From contig CAZDUC010000002.1 of assembly GCA_964508585.1 (NCBI GenBank), positions 1 to 37,463 on the forward strand: 37,463 nucleotides of DNA, written 5' to 3'. The DNA comes from an uncultured Candidatus Saccharibacteria bacterium (GTDB lineage: Bacteria; Patescibacteriota; Minisyncoccia; Phycocordibacterales; UBA918). Under the pieces are notes generated by a model. It had not been told where the DNA came from. It was given only the letters and a program-made list of their open reading frames with translations, and did not search any database. Both the position numbers and the translations under genes were made by a program. How positions within the stretch are numbered: position 1 is the first letter of the stretch; each line of letters starts with the position of its first letter. Shown in pieces: positions 25,995 to 34,958 of the stretch.

Positions 25995-27098
25995 CTACAG
26001 TACTGAGACACGTTGTTGTTTTGAAACACTGAGTACAATGCCAACAGAGGCGAGAAGTACAAATAGTGCTGTCCCTCCGTGACTTATAAACGGAAGTGGA
26101 AGTCCTGAAAGTGGCGCAATAGCAACCATCGCTGCAATATTGAGAAACACCTGCGCAAGTATGAGTGTAATAATACCCACAACAAGAAGCATCCCGAAGA
26201 GATCAGCAGCATGAGATGCGACTCGGTACCCACGAAGCGCAAACCCGACAAAGAGTAGAATAAGCGCCACAGAGCCCACAAATCCAAACTCTTCTGCATA
26301 AACCGCAAAAATTGAATCGCCAATAGGTTCCGGAAGGTACTCGAATTTTTGAATACTTTGCCCAAAACCTCTTCCCATGAAGCCACCAGAACCAACAGCA
26401 ATGAGTGACTGCTTAATCTGATATCCAGAACCTTGCGGATCGAGTGTTGGGTTAAGAAACGTTTCAATACGTTCTTTAATGTATGGACGAGTAAATGCGA
26501 GAAGTGCGATAAGTAACACCCCTGAGAAAAACATGAGAAAGACATCGCGATATCTTCCACCCGCAACAATAAACATCGCGAGTGCTGATGCTACCATAAT
26601 GAGGAACGTATCCGTGTCAGGTTGCATAAGGAGGGGGACGCCAGCAAGAATGAGAAGACCAAGAAACGGAATAGTGCCATGAGTAAAACTTTTAATCTGT
26701 GCTTTCATTCCTGAAAGCCACGTCGCAATGTAAATCACAAAACCGAGCTTCAAAAACTCCGACGGTTGCAGGGTAAACGAACCTATCTTTAACCATCGAG
26801 TTGCACCGCCATGACTGAATCCAATGAATGGCACAAAGACGAGACAGGTGAGGATAAGAGTACCCAAGAAAATATAAAATGCATACTGTCTCCATAGTCG
26901 ATAGTGAACGACACTCGCTATAAAAAGTGCAATTCCTCCACCAATAATACCAAACAATATTTGATTGAGCGCAACTGATGAAAAGCGTGCGGTCTCACGA
27001 GCAAGCAGGCCGAGTGATGCTGACGAAAAAATACTAAAGCCAATGATGACAAGGCTCGACGTAAGCAGAATGAGAATTCGATCTGAAGTATGATGCAT
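25995..27098 (-). CDS. ftsW: SEDS-family peptidoglycan glycosyltransferase (FtsW/RodA). Its position between mraY and murG favours FtsW.
   Basis: 10-TM profile, QPSEFLKL, PLPFISHGGTALF motifs. 367 aa. Confidence 0.85.
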   Translation of the reverse strand: MHHTSDRILILLTSSLVIIGFSIFSSASLGLLARETARFSSVALNQILFGIIGGGIALFIASVVHYRLWRQYAFYIFLGTLILTCLVFVPFIGFSHGGATRWLKIGSFTLQPSEFLKLGFVIYIATWLSGMKAQIKSFTHGTIPFLGLLILAGVPLLMQPDTDTFLIMVASALAMFIVAGGRYRDVFLMFFSGVLLIALLAFTRPYIKERIETFLNPTLDPQGSGYQIKQSLIAVGSGGFMGRGFGQSIQKFEYLPEPIGDSIFAVYAEEFGFVGSVALILLFVGFALRGYRVASHAADLFGMLLVVGIITLILAQVFLNIAAMVAIAPLSGLPLPFISHGGTALFVLLASVGIVLSVSKQQRVSVL

Positions 27099-27101
27099 CT
27101 G

Positions 27102-28175
27102 TTAAAATGTAATGACGATGAGTACCCCGATAATTGCAAACACAAAGCCAAGAATCCAGTATCGCATGGTTACCTTTTCTGCCGGCCATCCCACAGCTTC
27201 AAAGTGGTGATGTAGGGGCGCAATGAGAAAAAGTTTTCGTCCGAGGAATTTCTTACTCAAGAGTTGGAGCACGTCTGAAAGGACGGTGAGAACGAGAAGA
27301 ATCCCTATGATGGGAAGCACGAGTACTCCCTCCCCTCCCCCAAGTGAATCAGTCATAAATGCCACAATTGTGAGTGCCATGGTGAGTGCCATAATGCCTG
27401 TCTCTGTCATGTAAAAACGCGCAGGCGGAACATTAAACCATAGAAACGCAAGAATACCACCCACAATCGTTGCACAGAATGCAGCGAGATCAATTTGATT
27501 CTGAAAAACCGCAATACCCGTATACGCAGAAAAAATAAACATGAACGTTCCTCCAGAGAGTCCGTCAATACCATCAATGACACTACTTGCATATATCGCG
27601 ATTGCAACGAGCAAAAAGAATGGGATAAAGAATATGCCGAGATCAACGGGGCCATGCCCAATGACAGTCACTGAGCTCACACCGAGTTTTTCATAGAACC
27701 ACCACGCACTCACGAGCGCGGTTGCACCAACAACGAAGAGACGCTGCGTAAGCGGCAGACCACCTGCAAAATGAGTACCAGTACCACGTACGACGAGGAG
27801 GTCATCAAGAAATCCAACAGAGGCACCAATCAAGAGTGCGAGGAGTGGAAGCCACGTCTGCGATCGACTTAAAAAATTGAGTGTCCCAATGATGTTATGT
27901 GGAAATAGAGACTCGAGTATGACAAGTGTGATAATGGTAAGCACAACACTTGCCCATATCACCACGCCACCCATTCGTGGAGTATTTGTATCCCTGTGTT
28001 GATGGAGCGTATCGAAAAGTGGGGTCTTTCCACCCCCATAGCCATTACCCTTCCCTGCCTTCTTTTTCCACATCTGAAAATGATACAGGTAGTGAGATAT
28101 GGTAGGCGTGATGAGCATACCAATACAAAAAGCGAGTGCAGTTGGTGCAAGAACTTTGATGATGGTTATTTCCAT
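27102..28175 (-). CDS. mraY: Phospho-N-acetylmuramoyl-pentapeptide transferase
   Basis: Polytopic membrane protein, DDLL…, VIDGIDGLSGG, APLHHHFE motifs. 357 aa. Confidence 0.95.
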   Translation of the reverse strand: MEITIIKVLAPTALAFCIGMLITPTISHYLYHFQMWKKKAGKGNGYGGGKTPLFDTLHQHRDTNTPRMGGVVIWASVVLTIITLVILESLFPHNIIGTLNFLSRSQTWLPLLALLIGASVGFLDDLLVVRGTGTHFAGGLPLTQRLFVVGATALVSAWWFYEKLGVSSVTVIGHGPVDLGIFFIPFFLLVAIAIYASSVIDGIDGLSGGTFMFIFSAYTGIAVFQNQIDLAAFCATIVGGILAFLWFNVPPARFYMTETGIMALTMALTIVAFMTDSLGGGEGVLVLPIIGILLVLTVLSDVLQLLSKKFLGRKLFLIAPLHHHFEAVGWPAEKVTMRYWILGFVFAIIGVLIVITF

Positions 28176-28184
28176 ATGGTGAAA

Positions 28185-29264
28185 CTATGACACTTCCTCG
28201 TTAGTAATATGCTCACGTGCATGCTCGACGAGCGTGATCGCATCATCAAACCGTCCTTCAAAAGAAGAACCGAGAACGACAACAATAATAGGTCGATTGA
28301 GTCCGACATTCACCGCAATCACCAAATTACCTCCAGCAATGGTTGTGTATCCTGTCTTCGACGCAATAAGTCCATCAATGTTTTCAACATATGCATTTGT
28401 GTTTTTTGCAGTATGGTACGCTCCGTCGACATTTGAGATTTTTGTAAGATCGAGTGTGGTGAGAGTCACCGCGTCGGTGATATGTGTGATGACGTACTCC
28501 ATGAGATGGGCAATATCGCGCGCGCTCCCATACGCACTCGCCTCGGTACTACTCACATCGAGCCCCGTACTGTTTGAAAAACGTGTCTTCGTGAGTCCGA
28601 GTTCCTTTGCCTTCACATTCATCGCCTCTACAAAGATTGCTTCAGGATCAGCATGTGGATCAATGGCGACCCCACCCTTAGCACTGAGTGCAGCCGCTCC
28701 ATCGTTTGAAGAGGTAATGAGTGTCAGATCTGATAAATTTTTAACACTAAAGCGCTCCCCATCAACAAACCCACTATCTCCTTCAGTGTGTAATGCGTTA
28801 GTTGTGATAGAAATTTTCTCATTTTGGTCGAGGAGTTCATATGCGACAAGTGCGGTCATGAGCTTCGTGATTGACGCAAGCGGTAATTTCTCATCTGCGT
28901 TTTTATTGAAAAGTACTTTTTGCTCCCTCACATCCCACACAATTGCTCCTCGCGCCTTGATGTCGACATCACTAAATGCACTTTTTTGTTTTGATGTATG
29001 TTCGTCTGTTGGTGTCGGCATAGTCTCAACACGAACATCGAGATCTTTGGCGAGCTGCTTCTGTGATCCGGTTGTCCCGACGTACGTAATGCCAAATACA
29101 AACAAGAGTAAACAGAGTGCAACTGATAGTTGGGGTAAGATGGGAATAGGAGAAATCGTCGGAGTTTCAATACGTACTGGAATAGTATTGCCCATAGATG
29201 AGTCATCATCAATATATTGCACCTCATCAGTATTAGTAAAATCTGTCATATGTAGCTCACTCAT
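28185..29264 (-). CDS. D-alanyl-D-alanine carboxypeptidase (peptidase S11, low-MW PBP)
   Basis: SxxK (ASITKLMTA), SxN (SSNDGA), KTG (SKTGYT). N-terminal TM anchor. 359 aa. Confidence 0.9.
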   Translation of the reverse strand: MSELHMTDFTNTDEVQYIDDDSSMGNTIPVRIETPTISPIPILPQLSVALCLLLFVFGITYVGTTGSQKQLAKDLDVRVETMPTPTDEHTSKQKSAFSDVDIKARGAIVWDVREQKVLFNKNADEKLPLASITKLMTALVAYELLDQNEKISITTNALHTEGDSGFVDGERFSVKNLSDLTLITSSNDGAAALSAKGGVAIDPHADPEAIFVEAMNVKAKELGLTKTRFSNSTGLDVSSTEASAYGSARDIAHLMEYVITHITDAVTLTTLDLTKISNVDGAYHTAKNTNAYVENIDGLIASKTGYTTIAGGNLVIAVNVGLNRPIIVVVLGSSFEGRFDDAITLVEHAREHITNEEVS

Positions 29265-29820
29265 TAGGTGTTACAGACGTTTCTGATTCCACTTCTTCCT
29301 GGTGTTCAAACGTATCAAGTGCATTCATAATTTCGGCAAATTCAGGCAACGACTCTCTCGATGTAATTCCGAGATGCTGTAACAGTGTCGGAGTGACCGC
29401 ATACGTAAACGAGCGTGTATCTGAGGGATGGGTGCGCCGCTCGACAAGGCCACGAATCAATAGATTTCTCAAGATAAATGTCGAGTTGACACCTCGTATG
29501 CGGTCTATCTCGATTCGTGAGAGGGGTCCACGGTAGAGCACAATGGCAAGTGTTTCTGCGCCTGCTTTACCAATATCTGCACGTAACTCATCCTTGCGCA
29601 TTGTCTCGATACACTCACTCATTTCGGGAGCGGTCACCAATTGTACGCTCGTATCAGTAGAAAGAAGTGCAATGCCACGATGCGTGAGTACTTCTTTGAG
29701 TTCCACAAGAGCACTCTCAATAGTATCGAGAGACACATGTAACATATCAGCTAATGCCTTTTTTAAAACCGGCTCACTTTTGTAAAACAAAATCGCCTCA
29801 ATGCGTCCATTAAGTTCCAT
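29257..29820 (-). CDS. scpB: Segregation and condensation protein B
   Basis: MELNGRIEAILFYKSEP…, two winged-helix repeats (…RGPLSRIEIDRIRGV…). ATG 29820 lies 6 nt after the extended -10. Confidence 0.85.
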   Translation of the reverse strand: MELNGRIEAILFYKSEPVLKKALADMLHVSLDTIESALVELKEVLTHRGIALLSTDTSVQLVTAPEMSECIETMRKDELRADIGKAGAETLAIVLYRGPLSRIEIDRIRGVNSTFILRNLLIRGLVERRTHPSDTRSFTYAVTPTLLQHLGITSRESLPEFAEIMNALDTFEHQEEVESETSVTPNE

Positions 29821-29826
29821 CTGTGT

Positions 29827-29835
29827 AGTATACCA
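29827..29835 (-). promoter_or_regulatory. Extended -10 element, leaderless configuration, for scpB
   Basis: Minus strand reads TGGTATACT-ACACAG-ATG(29820). Confidence 0.45.
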
Positions 29836-29894
29836 ATTTATAATGAAAGTTTTAGACCCAACATACACTTTCTGGGCATAAAATCATTGTCTTC

Positions 29895-30647
29895 TTATGA
29901 ATATCGTGGTGTGGTGTTCCTTTCCTGCTCTATTTCAATATCATGAAATTTTCCAGCTTGACGGACCAGTATTTTCCCCTGCTTCACCATTTCAAGCACA
30001 GCAAGGAATCCTACAATAATAGTTGAGCGTTCCTGTGCGTCGCCAGTAAAATCACGGAAGTTGCAAGAAAATTGACGTTCAATTCGTTCTCGGAGTCTAT
30101 CAATCATTGTTTCAAGTGAGACAATCGTGCGTACTTGTACTTTTGGTTTTTCAATTTTTTTAGGGAGATTCCGCACTACTGCTTTCATTGCAGTATGGAG
30201 TGCCTCTTGTGATGTCCATGCGTCAGGAAGAAAAAGTGGGTTTGTATCTGGTATGAAACGACGTTCATGCAATGTTGGACCTTTAAAACAGGATTCAATC
30301 ACCCTGCTTGCATTTCGAAAGAGTTGATAGTAGCGCAACCTTTTTTCAAGAGATTCGATAGTTTCCTCTTCTGCTTCGCTGAGCTCAAGCACAGGAAGGA
30401 GCGATTTTGATTTGAGAAGGAGGAGTGTAGAAGCAAGTACAATGAAATCAGCCATCTCTCGTAGGGGACTTTTTTCAAACTGTGCAATGTACGCCATGTA
30501 GTCATCAGTCACCGACGCGAGTGAAATGTCGTTCACAAGAAGCTTTCGCTTCTCAATGAGATCGATGAGTAAGTCTAAAGGACCCGAATATACGTCGGTT
30601 TGAATATGAAAATTCCCGTTTGTTTGCGGAGTGTGAGCATCAATCAT
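29895..30647 (-). CDS. scpA: Segregation and condensation protein A (kleisin)
   Basis: FHIQTDVYSGPLDLLIDLIEKRKL… is a typical ScpA N-terminus. 250 aa. Confidence 0.9.
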   Translation of the reverse strand: MIDAHTPQTNGNFHIQTDVYSGPLDLLIDLIEKRKLLVNDISLASVTDDYMAYIAQFEKSPLREMADFIVLASTLLLLKSKSLLPVLELSEAEEETIESLEKRLRYYQLFRNASRVIESCFKGPTLHERRFIPDTNPLFLPDAWTSQEALHTAMKAVVRNLPKKIEKPKVQVRTIVSLETMIDRLRERIERQFSCNFRDFTGDAQERSTIIVGFLAVLEMVKQGKILVRQAGKFHDIEIEQERNTTPRYS

Positions 30648-30653
30648 TGTTTC

Positions 30654-30662
30654 ATTTTACCA
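30654..30662 (-). promoter_or_regulatory. Extended -10 element, leaderless configuration, for scpA
   Basis: Minus strand reads TGGTAAAAT-GAAACA-ATG(30647). Confidence 0.45.
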
Positions 30663-30705
30663 TGCACACGTCTCGCACGTGCACAGCTTTCCCCTAATTC
30701 AAAAA

Positions 30706-32088
30706 TTAGAGTTTCTCTGCAATTTTTACGAGCAGACGAGTAGGCTCCCCTGTCGCACCTTTGGCGAGCTTGTCACTTCCGACTGAGGTCATGCGCGGTG
30801 CCATATCGATATGCACCCACTGCATTTTCTTTGTGAAGTGAGAAAGGAACGAGCCAGCAGTGATAGTTCCCCCATATCGAGTGTCACTTGAAGCTATATT
30901 TGCGATATCTCCGTGGACACCTTTTGTGTATTGCATATATTCATCCCAGAGTGGAAGCGGAAATGTGTAATCACCACTTTCTTCACCCAGCTCTCGGAAG
31001 GTATCCTCGAGTGTACGACTCTTGGTCATAATGACATTCGCATGTTGTCCAAGGGCTACCAGTGATGCTCCTGTCAGTGTTGCAACATCAACGATGAGCC
31101 GTGGATCGTACTTTCGGGCGTAGTGCAGTGCATCAGCGAGGATAAGACGTCCCTCAGCATCAGTATGGAGTACGTCAACCGTCTTCCCTGACATCATCGT
31201 GAGCACATCACCCGGACGGATTGCGTCATCGCCCACATTGTTTTCAACAGCAGGAATGAGTCCAATAACATTCTTTTTGAGACCAAGTTTTGCAATTGCG
31301 CCAATTGAAGCAATGACCGATGCACCACCTGACATGTCCATGTGCATCTCGTACATCGCCATCCCAGGCTTTATCTGAAGTCCTCCGGTGTCAAAGGTCA
31401 CCCCCTTCCCCACAAAGACAATCGGCTTCTCTGTCTTTTTTCCGCCATGGTACTCGATAATAATGAAGCGTGGTGTATGTTTTGAACCCTTTCCGACACC
31501 AATAACACCGCCCATACCAAGTGTGGTTATGTGCTTTTCGTCGAGAATGGTCACCTTTGTCTTTGTACCCTTGAGTATCTCGCGTGTTTTTGTAGCGAGT
31601 ATTGCCGGCGTCATATCACTTCCTGGGGTGTTCGCGATGTCACGACATATATTTGTGTATGAGGCGACCGTGCATCCGTGTGCAACTGCTTCACGCACGG
31701 CCTTGTCTACCACTACAACCTCAATTACTACCTCCGTAAGTGCATACGTTGGTTGTACACTTTTGTACCGAGTGTACTCATACTCAGCGAGTATCATGTT
31801 TTCAGCTACCGTGCTCCAAAACCATGTTTCTCCGTATGCGTGGCACTTTGGAAAGTCAGCGTACGAGATTGGAAATAGTATTTTTTTTAGCTTATGGCGC
31901 TTTGCACTTTGAATGACGTTTCGTATACATGTTCGTAGTGTACGTGGAGTAACGTTTGCACGTGATACGTGTATCTCAAGTGTGTCCACTCCATCTCTCT
32001 GTATACATCGTTCTACACCTTTTGCGACACACACAATACGGGTATGGGTAGTGTGCGTTTTCCCTGGTTCTTTGATATTAATCTGCAT
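30706..32088 (-). CDS. pepA: Leucyl aminopeptidase (peptidase M17)
   Basis: VGKGVTFDTGG, HTDAEGRLILADAL, M17 metal ligands. ATG 32088 (MQINIKEP…) overlaps the aspS end by 11 nt. The longer ORF start 32172 lies inside aspS. Confidence 0.9.
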   Translation of the reverse strand: MQINIKEPGKTHTTHTRIVCVAKGVERCIQRDGVDTLEIHVSRANVTPRTLRTCIRNVIQSAKRHKLKKILFPISYADFPKCHAYGETWFWSTVAENMILAEYEYTRYKSVQPTYALTEVVIEVVVVDKAVREAVAHGCTVASYTNICRDIANTPGSDMTPAILATKTREILKGTKTKVTILDEKHITTLGMGGVIGVGKGSKHTPRFIIIEYHGGKKTEKPIVFVGKGVTFDTGGLQIKPGMAMYEMHMDMSGGASVIASIGAIAKLGLKKNVIGLIPAVENNVGDDAIRPGDVLTMMSGKTVDVLHTDAEGRLILADALHYARKYDPRLIVDVATLTGASLVALGQHANVIMTKSRTLEDTFRELGEESGDYTFPLPLWDEYMQYTKGVHGDIANIASSDTRYGGTITAGSFLSHFTKKMQWVHIDMAPRMTSVGSDKLAKGATGEPTRLLVKIAEKL

Positions 32089-33424
32089 CTGTCTGTGTTT
32101 TAGCGAGTAAGGTATCAATACGATTAATATCGCGTGGAAAGAGTGAGGCTTCTTTGACGTTTTGAAGACCACAGTATTTTGCAGTCAGGCGCTCGAGCCC
32201 AAGCCCCACACCACCATGTGGTGGCATGCCATGCTTAAAGGCCTGGAGGTAGAAATCAAATTTCTCTGGTTCGAGTCCCTTTTCACGAATCCGTGCAATG
32301 AGTGTCTCATAGTCATGGACACGTTGACCACCAGAACACATCTCGAGCCCGCGAAAGAGCATGTCAAAACTCCGTGTATATTCCGGTTTTTCTGGATCAA
32401 CATGGGTATAGAATGGGCGCTTCCGTGTTGGGAAGTGGGTCACAAACACGAAGTCTGAGCCGAGGTGAGTATGTGCATAGTCACAGAGGAACCGTTCATC
32501 CTCTGGCTCGAGGTCCGGCTCTTTTGTCTTATCGACGCCTGTTTCCTTCTTGATAAGTTCCTGCGCTTCACGGAGTGTCATCACGGGGAATGTTTCGGGT
32601 GCGAGTGGAGACGACATACCGAGGAGCGTGAGTTCTTTTGCACACAGAGAAGCAACCGTTTCAGTGATGTACCGCATAAGTGCGGTAACCATAGCGATGA
32701 CGTCGGTATGATCTTTGATGAATCCCATCTCGAGATCGAGCATGGCGATTTCACTCAGGTGTCGTGTGGTTGCACTTCGTTCCGCTCGAAACATTGAACC
32801 AGTGGTAAACACACGCTCGAAGACTCCCACCATCATCTGCTTGTACAGCTGGGGACTTGTGGCGAGATATGCACGCTGATTGTTAAAGTAATCTACTTGA
32901 AACACTTCTGCTCCTCCCTCAGCATCACCACCAACAAGCTTTGGTGCTTGAAATTCAGTAAACCCTTCACCAGTAAGGAATGTTCGATACGCGTTGATGA
33001 TAGTGTGTTGCACTTTAAAAATGGCACGCTCTCGTGGACGGCGGAGTGTGATGGGACGATAGTCGAGTAACGTGTCAATGTTGAGTTCAGCATCAAGATC
33101 AAATGGCATTGGCTCTGCAGTCCCAAGGGTAGTAATGCCGGTGATTTCAAGCTCAATGTCACCATTCTCAATTTTCTCATTGACCATTTTTTCTGGTCGT
33201 GCGTGTACGATACCGGTGACCTCAAGCGAGTAGCCTTGCTTCACTGTTTGTACTGATGCAAGAAGTTCTGGCTTCCCAAATATGACGCCCTGCACGACAC
33301 TCGTGCGATCACGAAAATCATAAAATGCCACCTTCCCTTGGTTGCGCACGACGTCAAGCGTTGCGTAGATAGTAACCGTTTCTTCGATGTGCTGACGAAG
33401 GTCAGCGATGAGTGTTCGAGTCAT
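32078..33424 (-). CDS. aspS: Aspartyl-tRNA synthetase, archaeal/eukaryotic-type (class IIb, about 440 aa)
   Basis: OB-fold N-terminus, SPQLYKQ, FRAERSATTRHLSE (motif 2), GGVGLGLERL (motif 3). It is preceded by a T-box leader. Confidence 0.9.
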   Translation of the reverse strand: MTRTLIADLRQHIEETVTIYATLDVVRNQGKVAFYDFRDRTSVVQGVIFGKPELLASVQTVKQGYSLEVTGIVHARPEKMVNEKIENGDIELEITGITTLGTAEPMPFDLDAELNIDTLLDYRPITLRRPRERAIFKVQHTIINAYRTFLTGEGFTEFQAPKLVGGDAEGGAEVFQVDYFNNQRAYLATSPQLYKQMMVGVFERVFTTGSMFRAERSATTRHLSEIAMLDLEMGFIKDHTDVIAMVTALMRYITETVASLCAKELTLLGMSSPLAPETFPVMTLREAQELIKKETGVDKTKEPDLEPEDERFLCDYAHTHLGSDFVFVTHFPTRKRPFYTHVDPEKPEYTRSFDMLFRGLEMCSGGQRVHDYETLIARIREKGLEPEKFDFYLQAFKHGMPPHGGVGLGLERLTAKYCGLQNVKEASLFPRDINRIDTLLAKTQTDAD

Positions 33425-33700
33425 AGGTGGTGTGTGTAGAAACGCAAAATTGTTCTACAGATACATTACATGAATAAGATACCCGCAGGGGCGATGTTAT
33501 GGTCGACATCGTAAGTCGACCATAAATTTTCGCGGTGCCACCCTACTTCCTTTCCTTCACACAAAACCCTTCGTTTTATGTGCGAGAAAGCTCTCACGCT
33601 ATACGGGCGCACCCGAAGCAAAAAATGCTCATCCTCGGCAGGTGTCAACTGCGTCATTGGTTACCAGTAGAGTACTGCCTCATGCATAAAGCGTCAAGAA
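33425..33700 (-). promoter_or_regulatory. T-box riboswitch leader upstream of aspS (5' boundary approximate)
   Basis: Minus strand 33547..33531 reads AGUAGGGUGGCACCGCG, matching the T-box consensus A-GGGUGGNACCGCG. It folds into the canonical antiterminator: A1 GUAGGG(33546..33541)/CCCUGC(33490..33485), 7-nt bulge UGGCACC, A2 GCGA/UCGC capped by a 9-bp hairpin AUGGUCGAC/GUCGACCAU (33523..33499). Confidence 0.7.
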
Positions 33701-33725
33701 TCAATCGAAACGTCTCTGTGTTTGG

Positions 33726-34664
33726 CTATATGAACATGCCTATCTTGTGACGGATGTCACTCATTTTTTTCTGTGCCTGTACACTTGCTCGTTCTTTCCC
33801 TTTTCTGAGCACTTCTCGTACGTCTGATTCTGTAATTTGCGCCCTCTTTTCTCTCATCGGTAACACCAATGCCTCAATATCATCAATGAGTGCATCCTTA
33901 AGATTTTTATACTTTCCGGCATTTTCGGTATAGAGTAGCTCGAGTGCAGATTCATTTTGAAAAAGAGTGTGTATTGCGTAGACATGTTCTGGCCTCTCTC
34001 CGCTTGAGTCGGTTACAATACTCATTACCGCTTTTGTGATGTCATCTTTTGTTCCAAAGAGTGGAATGGTGTTTTTGTAGCTCTTGCTCATTTTTTGCCC
34101 GTCAGTTCCTGGGATAATACCCACGCTCTTCATGATCATTTCTTGTGGTGCGGTGAATGTCTCCCCATAGGTATTATTGAACTTTGTCATTGCCTCCCGC
34201 GCATACTCAACATGCTGACGCTGATCCTCACCCACTGGTACCACATCCGCATCGTAAAGGAGGATATCCGCTGCCATGAGCATCGGGTAGTTGAAGAGTC
34301 CTGCATTTGCCTCAATTCCCTTCGCAATTTTATCTTTGTATGCATGGGCTTGCATGAGAAATGGTACCGTAACGAGACATTCAAATATCCATGCGAGCTC
34401 TGTGTGCTCAGGAATATCTGATTGTTTAAAAATAACAACCGAATCAGGATCCACACCAACCGCAAGATAGTCTTTTACCACATCAAGTGTCTGTTGCCGA
34501 AGCAACTCTGCATGACGAGAGGTGGTAAGTGCATGGAAATCGGCGATCATGAGGAAGCTCTCGTACTCGGGACACACATCCGCAAATGGCTTCAGTGCAC
34601 CAAAGTAATTTCCAATATGGAGTGTTCCTGAAGGTTGTAGTCCCGTGAATAGTCGTTTTTTCAT
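33726..34664 (-). CDS. trpS: Tryptophanyl-tRNA synthetase
   Basis: FTGLQPSGTLHIGNYFGAL (HIGH-type), GQKMSKSYKN (KMSKS). 312 aa. Confidence 0.95.
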   Translation of the reverse strand: MKKRLFTGLQPSGTLHIGNYFGALKPFADVCPEYESFLMIADFHALTTSRHAELLRQQTLDVVKDYLAVGVDPDSVVIFKQSDIPEHTELAWIFECLVTVPFLMQAHAYKDKIAKGIEANAGLFNYPMLMAADILLYDADVVPVGEDQRQHVEYAREAMTKFNNTYGETFTAPQEMIMKSVGIIPGTDGQKMSKSYKNTIPLFGTKDDITKAVMSIVTDSSGERPEHVYAIHTLFQNESALELLYTENAGKYKNLKDALIDDIEALVLPMREKRAQITESDVREVLRKGKERASVQAQKKMSDIRHKIGMFI

Positions 34665-34670
34665 AGTGTC

Positions 34671-34679
34671 ATGATACCA
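34671..34679 (-). promoter_or_regulatory. Extended -10 element, leaderless configuration, for trpS
   Basis: Minus strand reads TGGTATCAT-GACACT-ATG(34664). Confidence 0.45.
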
Positions 34680-34924
34680 AAGGTTTTCCCTTTATAAAAG
34701 TATTGCCTCATGCCTTCGAACATGCTCAATATGAACTAAGAGCACATCCAATAACCCCAGATACGAGGCATCGAGGACTGAAAACATGAGGCGTGAGCAT
34801 GTGTACAAAACACATGCGCAAGACTCATTGAGGACTTTTGTGAATGAAATGAAACAAAAGACCCAATGAGTGGACCGTTCCTGTAAGGAATTCAATATAC
34901 GATGAATGTTTGAAGGACTCACTC

Positions 34925-34958
34925 GTCACATTTTCTTCCGTGGGGAAGAAAATGTGAC
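34925..34958. repeat. Perfect 15-bp inverted repeat with a 4-nt spacer
   Basis: GTCACATTTTCTTCC-GTGG-GGAAGAAAATGTGAC. There is no U/T-run on either side. Further hairpins flank it at 34964..34997, 34824..34870 and 34797..34817. Confidence 0.8.

Noticed and set aside
28234-29286. 350-aa + strand ORF, one of the longest in the window
   Set aside because: It is fully antisense to the D-Ala-D-Ala carboxypeptidase gene, which carries SxxK/SxN/KTG motifs. Its translation is low-complexity and Ser/Thr/Ala-rich with no recognisable motif. It is a shadow ORF.
33466-33657. 63-aa minus-strand ORF in the trpS-aspS spacer
   Set aside because: It coincides with the T-box leader, and the T-box motif and antiterminator lie inside it. 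It has no SD or leaderless promoter, and its sequence is not protein-like.
34714-34735. GTTCGAA (T-loop-like) sequence on the minus strand, considered as a tRNA or tmRNA 3' end
   Set aside because: The flanks give only a 4-bp CAUG/CAUG stem. There is no acceptor stem, no anticodon arm and no CCA context.
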